The translations under genes were made by a program, and so were the position numbers. DNA of 41,003 bases from Octopus bimaculoides. Lineage: Eukaryota. The notes beneath the pieces are model-generated. The model saw only the letters and a program-made list of their open reading frames with translations. It was not told the origin of the DNA and searched no databases. Location of the stretch: the NCBI RefSeq assembly GCF_001194135.2, contig NC_068982.1, positions 136,551,132 through 136,592,134 on the forward strand, written 5' to 3'. Below are positions 35,934 through 41,003 of the stretch, one piece after another (within the stretch, counting starts at the first letter, position 1; every line of letters starts with the position of its first letter).

Positions 35934-36597
35934 GGAGATGGGATATATTTTCGGAACCCTTGCTTCTATGGTTTTTATGAAATTATATGCTCTTACACAA
36001 AAATACTCTAACAAAGTTTTCAATGCATTTGTTATTTTCATTATCCTAGTGGTAACTATCTGCTCTTTTCTATTTTAGTAGTATTTTTTTATAGTTATGA
36101 TCGAATATGCTGCAATGTATTTTATGACTAACAATATTATAGAAAACGTATAAGATAACTCCTGATGAGTCGATGTTCTCTTTATTCAAATTTATTTCAC
36201 TTACTGCTCTAATGCATTGAATACAAGCATAATCATCACTACACCTGGTAGCATCTGGTCAAAAGTGGAAAAACTGTGCGACGCATTTTATTCTAGGACA
36301 GGGAAGTACTATCTGAACTCCAATGACTCAAAGAGCTGCTTATCCGCTTTCCACGACGTATTACTGACCGAGATCGCAATATTCCCTCGTCTCTGAACGG
36401 AAAACCAATTCATTGCAGGTTCTCTCATCCATAGCTGAGTAATATGGCGCAACGTGAGATTAAGTATTTTGATTAAGCTCAGAACACATCGCCTAGTCAG
36501 AAAATCGAAACCTCGGTCTTGCGACTGTGAATGCAGTACCCTAAAGATTAAGACTGACATTTTTACCAAATAGAGCTGTTGCAGAACTGTTTTACAG

Positions 36598-36669
36598 TTT
36601 CATGAGCGCTCTTCAGAACCTAAACGCTAGACTGCTTTTCGTAATCGATAGCGTAGACCTAGCCGCTCT
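36598..36669 (+). CDS. Candidate 72-nt exon, (S)FMSALQNLNARLLFVIDSVDLAAL
   Basis: Acceptor CTGTTTTACAG; the phase 2 start fits exon 31270-31350. Donor is CT|GTAAAG, or the frame reads on to a TAA before AAA|GTAAGC at 36686. RLLFVID resembles the last MATH strand (SPOP KLTLFCE). Confidence 0.3.
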
Positions 36670-36905
36670 GTAAAGCTGTCAGAAAGTAAGCTACTGCCAT
36701 ATTAGACAGTTTAACTTACATCTTTGTAATTTGATAGCATGCAGTTGGATAAAACGTATAACTATTCTGTAACCGTTGTGTAATCAGGATTAATGGAATA
36801 AATTTACATATGAGAAACCATTTAGATGTGAGAATAGATTAATAGGAATGTAAACAGAATCCTTTTCTGCACAAAATATTTAAATGCTACATAAACCAGT
36901 CTGAT

Positions 36906-37015
36906 CACATCTAGTACTTAATTTATCGATCCCGAAAGGAGGGAAGGAGGAATTTGAACTCAGAACATAGAAACAAACAAAATAATACTAACCATTTCGC
37001 CTAGTGTGCTAAAGT
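36906..37015 (-). mobile_element. Older family-A-related SINE lacking its first ~20 nt
   Basis: Minus strand AACTTTAGCACACTAGGCGAAATGG...GTTCTGAGTTCAAATTCC...CCTTTCGGGATCGATAAATTAAGTAC. Confidence 0.7.
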
Positions 37016-37252
37016 TTCTTATTTCTTTATTGCCCACAAGGGGCTAAACATAGATGGGACAAACAAGGACAGACAAAGGGATTAAGTCGATTACATCGAC
37101 CCCAGTGCGTAGCTGGTAGTTAATTTATCGACCCCGAAAGGATAAAAGGCAAAGTCGACCTCGGCGGAATTTGAACTCAAAACGTAACGGCAGACGAAAT
37201 GCCACTAAGCATTTCGTCCGGCGTGCTAACGTTTCTGCCAGCTCGCCGCCTT
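37016..37252 (-). mobile_element. SINE family A, full length
   Basis: Reverse complement of GGCGGCGAGCTGGCAGAAACGTTAGC...GTGGGCAATAAAGAAATAAG. Confidence 0.92.
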
Positions 37253-38360
37253 AACCAGTCTGATATTAAGGTATTGCCGTTGTGGATTGTTTAATTTGCT
37301 TAGTTGTGCTTTGATGGCATGTCGTGAATCAAACAATGTATATTTCTATGACGATAGCATCATTTCTACCTGCTAGATATAATGGCTATACATAATGTCA
37401 AGATTGTGTTTCCAACACTCGAACCTTTGAGCCTCGTCTTTCACATATGTCACTACATGTACATGGGCGCGAGCATACAAACATACATACAGGCACCTAT
37501 AGGCATATGAATGTATATGCGTTTGTATATGTGCATTTATACGCGTGTGTGTGTATACGTGTGTGTGTGTGTGTGTGTTTGTATGTGCGTGTATGAGTTT
37601 GCGTGTGTCGTACACCGTTTCCCTCCCATTAAGCAACAAACCTAAGTGTAAATACATGTTCCAAGAGTCAGAAATCTTACCTGGGTTGAACATTTTCAGA
37701 TCACGTATATCTTGTATATATTACAACTCGGCTATATAACTTGTGCAATGCGTCGATGTGTAAATACGATAAACACTTTAGTTTTTACCTGACAAATTGA
37801 TTAATGTATTAGACAACTATTTACATGTTAAAATTTCCAGGGAATGCTGCGAAGCATAATTGATAATTTGTAGACAGATTTAAAATAATCTAATTGTTTC
37901 CTTTTAGTAAACAATATCTGTCTTTTGTATTTATGGTGGTGAGAAATGTGAGCAAGTGTTGTCTCTTGTTATATTTATTCCGTTAAACGTTTTCGATTCT
38001 TGTTGACGACATCACATTATCACAGCTAACGTAGACAAGCAAATGTATCTACGCCATAAAGATTATATATTCATCCATTTGAAAATAATGGAAGACGTTC
38101 TGTAAGTTTCATTTCAAATAAAAATAGTGGGTACTTTTTGGTTATTTCATGTGCCACAGTGGATGAGCAGGAAGGATCGTTTATACATATGACAAAGCTC
38201 CAATGCTTTAGTTCTGGTTTCAAAAGTCACCGACGTCTAATTTGCCTTTAACATTCTTGCGGTCGAAAAAGTAAAACACCAACCAAGAACGTGAGTAGAA
38301 GTCAGTGGGTAACTCCTTTACATTACTTGACTGATATTTGTCCTCATCTTGTTTGTTGTT

Positions 38361-38397
38361 AACACAACTTTTCGGTTTCTAGCCTTCATCAGGTGTC
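38361..38397 (-). ncRNA. Degenerate minimal type I hammerhead ribozyme motif
   Basis: Minus strand GACAC CTGATGA A GG-CTAGAAA-CC GAAA A GTT GTGTT. GACAC pairs with GTGTT (stem I) and the CUGAUGA and GAAA cores are present. Stem II is only 2 bp, and GAAAA stands where GAAAC is expected. Confidence 0.65.
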
Positions 38398-38473
38398 TTG
38401 GGGATTTTTTTTGAACCCGGGTTCTCATTCCTAAGGTATTTTTCGATGTTATTATCATTATTAATTATTATTC

Positions 38474-38539
38474 AGGTCACTGCCTGGAATTGAACTCGGA
38501 ATCTTGGGGTTAGTAGCCCGTACTCTTAACTACTACGCC
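38474..38539 (-). promoter_or_regulatory. tRNA-like Pol III cassette in the PLE 3' region, copy 1
   Basis: GGCGTAGTAGTTAAGAG (A-box-like), GGG-CTACTAA-CCC anticodon-like arm, GAGTTCAATTCC (B box), then an AAT-rich tract. Confidence 0.7.
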
Positions 38540-39349
38540 GTGGGCAATTATGGAGTGAATTGTAGGGCTTATAAATCTAATATTTTCCTATCCTTCCGCA
38601 ATACCGGTTCCCATATGCTACTCATATCTGCACTCGGTCTACTTAGGAGGTTGTTGTGTCCTAGTATATGTGCTGCTTCTTTTAGTTTTCGTATTTTCCA
38701 GTGATGTTCTCTGTCTATTATTTTAACTTCATCCCTCAGGGGCAGATGGTCTCCATTTTTCCATACATGATCAGCTATACCCGATTTATCAATATCTCCT
38801 CATGTCACAGCTTTGCGATGTTCCTCTACCCTCATTTTGAGGGGTCGACATGTTTCGCCTTTGGTCATATTCACTTCTATTGGTTTTACTCGAAGGAGAT
38901 ATTTGCGAAGTGTTGTATTACTCTTGAATACTGTCCTGATGTCATATGGGCCACATATCTTTTGTATCTTTTGGGAGAGGCCTTTCACATAGGGTAGACA
39001 GATTGTAGACTGTTTATTGATTTCATCCTTTCTTTTCTTCATAATTGGAGTGGATAGTAATTTTTTCGGGGTAGTTGTTGCTTAATAGATTGTTATTGAG
39101 CTTGATCATTTCTTCTTGGTGTGTATCACTATCGCTACTTACATTCTTTGCTCGATCTTTTAGACACTGAGCAATCCCTCTCTTTACACTGTATGGAAGT
39201 TGAGGTATTGTTCAGGTATCGACAGGCCAGAGCTCTCTTCCTATGAAATAGCTTTAGTACTTTTATTGAAGACAGTATTAAAATTTAAAGACATCATTAA
39301 AATGCAGCTAAAAGTAATTATACGATTATCAGTAGACGATATTAGTGGA

Positions 39350-39500
39350 TGACGACGGAATGGCGGCAATGTGACAACCTGGCAAAATCTTTACCACACT
39401 GTGCAAAATGTTTTGCGGCATTTCGGCCGTCTTTATGTTCTGAGTTCAAATAGCGCCGAGGCTGACTTTGTCTTTCATCCTTTCTGAGTCGATAAAATAA
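39350..39500 (+). mobile_element. Old, degenerate family A SINE fragment
   Basis: AAAATGTTTTGCGGCATTTCGGCCGTCTTTATGTTCTGAGTTCAAAT...GACTTTGTCTTTCATCCTTTCTGAGTCGATAAAATAA. Confidence 0.7.
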
Positions 39501-40302
39501 TTAGGGAAATGAATTGTTTAGTCAAAAATGAAAACCAGTATAAATGTTAGTGTTCATATATTTAATGCCGGGATCAACATAAAGCTTATAGGGGTACAAG
39601 TAAACGACTAAGCATGTCCCAAATTGTGTCACCTGTTTTCCAAAATATAAACCATCTTTTCCGATCACCTCATAATTAATTCTAATTAGATTTTAGTACT
39701 TCTTGCACGAATTATGATAATACAAATCTGGAACCCGAAGGGAATGCTTGGTAATCAGTAGCCTCGGCACAAGCGAATCAGCAAGGTAGTTCGAAGGGAG
39801 TTTAAAGAGTTTATTTACTGCAAAGTGTAAAATAATCTCACGTTTCCAGAACTTGAAGTCTTCTGAGAAAGATTTTATACAAAGGTGTTATCTGCGTCCT
39901 TGTGAATGCAATATTGAAATATGGTTGTGATGGGAGGAATTAAAATGCAATGCGTGAGGAAAACCAGTGAGAGGAATGATAATATGCGAGGAAGTTGACA
40001 GGAAATGAAGTAAAGAGTGGTTACGAGAGACAAAGTTTGAAAGCAAATCCGGCTCAGTTGAAATGAGGAAGAAGTTGGTGAAATCAAGTGAGATGAGATT
40101 TAGTAGTAGGAGCACATAAAGACGAGCTTGATGAAAAGGACATTCACACAAATAGCATAGAAGCATGTACAAGGTGCAATAGAAGAGGAGAGAAGGAATG
40201 GCAGAAGAGTTTGATGAGAAGAGTAAGGATTAGACATAGTCAGTGTTATGAGATGTTCATAGAAATAAATATCTGGTTAGATCTCTTCAGGGATCCGTAT
40301 TC

Positions 40303-40737
40303 ACATGCGTGTACTCCATCCCATGCAGCTGTAGTATGTTATACAAAGGCGAATCATGTCGCCCCCTCAAAATAAGAGTAGATGAACATCGCAAAGCTGT
40401 GACACAAGGAGATATTGATGGATTGGGTATAGCTGATCATGTATAGAAAAATGGAGACCAGCTCCCCCTATGGGATGAAGTTAAAATAATGGACAGAGAA
40501 CACCACTGGAAAATATGAAAACTAAAAGAAGCAGCACATATGCTAGGACATAACAACCTCCTAAGCAGACCAATTGCAGATATAAGTAGCATATGGGAAC
40601 CAGTATTAAGGAAGGACAGGAAGATATTAGATTTATAAGCCCTACAATTCATTCCATAATTGCCCACGGCGTAGTAGTTAAGAGCGTGGGCTACTAACCC
40701 CAAGATTCCGAGTTCAATTGCAGGTAGTGACCTGAAT
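40303..40737 (+). mobile_element. Penelope-like element copy 2 (GIY-YIG plus start of the 3' region), interrupted at (AAT)n
   Basis: CVYSIPCSCSMLYKGESCRPLKIRVDEHRKAV...IADHV*...DREHHWKI*KLKEAAHM...WEPVLRKDRKILDL* with the stop at 40636-40638; roughly 90% identical to copy 1. Confidence 0.93.
40668..40733 (+). promoter_or_regulatory. tRNA-like Pol III cassette in the PLE 3' region, copy 2
   Basis: GGCGTAGTAGTTAAGAGCGTGGGCTACTAACCCCAAGATTCCGAGTTCAATTGCAGG. Confidence 0.65.
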
Positions 40738-40752
40738 AACAACAACAACAAC

Positions 40753-40803
<51 letters not shown>
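40735..40803. repeat. (AAC)n(AAT)n microsatellite
   Basis: Read directly from the sequence. Confidence 0.97.
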
Positions 40804-40805
<2 letters not shown>

Positions 40806-41003
40806 GAGTCAATGCCTGAATGGCTCACGAAAGGGAAAACCATCTTAATTCCCAAATCCACGGAAACAGAGAAACCACAAAACTACAGACCTATAACCTG
40901 TCTCCCTACGATCTATAAAGCCTTTACTGCAATAATATCGCAGAGATTGAGTAAGCACCTGGAAAATAACAACCTGTTTCCAGAAGAGCAGAAGGGATGC
41001 TGC
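40804..41003 (+). mobile_element. R4/Dong-type (RLE-class) non-LTR retrotransposon, 5'-truncated, RT N-terminal region, continuing beyond the window
   Basis: 66 open codons from 40806: ESMPEWLTKGKTILIPKSTETEKPQNYRPITCLPTIYKAFTAIISQRLSKHLENNNLFPEEQKGCC (P.WL..G.T.LIPK, NYRPITCL...YK and EQKG motifs). Confidence 0.82.

Larger units (their letters stand above)
38316..39230 (-). mobile_element. Penelope-like element, 5'-truncated (RT thumb, GIY-YIG and 3' repeat region)
   Basis: RYLN...VKRGIAQCLKDRAKNV...NNYP, ICLPYVKGLSQKIQKIC..YDIRTVFKS, GETCRPLKMRVEEH, SGIADHVW, KIIDREHHW.IRKLKEAAHI, WEPVL; stop at 38569-38571. Confidence 0.92.

Noticed and set aside
38160-38250. GFKSHRRLI, resembling the BTB FKAH motif downstream of the MATH-like exons
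   Set aside because: The phase is incompatible with the preceding candidate exon and the frame stops within a few codons.
38474-38539. A functional tRNA gene (also at 40668-40733)
   Set aside because: The anticodon stem is only 3-4 bp, there is no complete acceptor stem or T terminator, and it is embedded in a retroelement.
39875-40260. Minus-strand ORFs, possibly an ancient LINE 3' end
   Set aside because: The similarity to LINE C-terminal motifs is too faint to support from the sequence alone.
1-41003. CRISPR arrays, rRNA genes, operons or other prokaryotic systems
   Set aside because: There are no spaced direct-repeat arrays and no dense ORFs; the content is typical metazoan repeat-rich DNA.

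Overview
AT-rich, repeat-dense eukaryotic DNA with 11 N-gaps, most of them next to microsatellites. The tRNA-derived SINE families resemble those I recall from Octopus, so the taxon is an inference and not a database hit. No complete protein-coding gene is visible, and most long ORFs in the supplied track are microsatellite or gap artefacts. Recognisable content: (1) an 864-bp internally deleted mariner (DD34D) with TIRs and a TA duplication; (2) two DD37D (maT-like) transposase relics; (3) three tRNA-derived SINE families; (4) CR1/L2-group LINE 3' fragments; (5) Penelope-like (PLE, GIY-YIG) fragments; (6) a 5'-truncated R4/Dong-type RT fragment that runs off the window end; (7) a ~305-bp foldback; (8) a few + strand candidate exons that splice in frame into a MATH/TRAF-like peptide (by-eye alignment only). 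The most interesting observations are these. A PLE 3' region contains a tRNA-like Pol III cassette, then an (AAT)n tract, then a degenerate hammerhead. A second copy of that region is interrupted at the (AAT)n tract by an R4/Dong-like element, a group known to target TAA repeats. Two loci show one SINE nested in the head of an older relative at the same AGAA(A/T)C position. A LINE/SINE shared 3' tail has a stem-loop with compensatory changes. All identities quoted are by-eye estimates.
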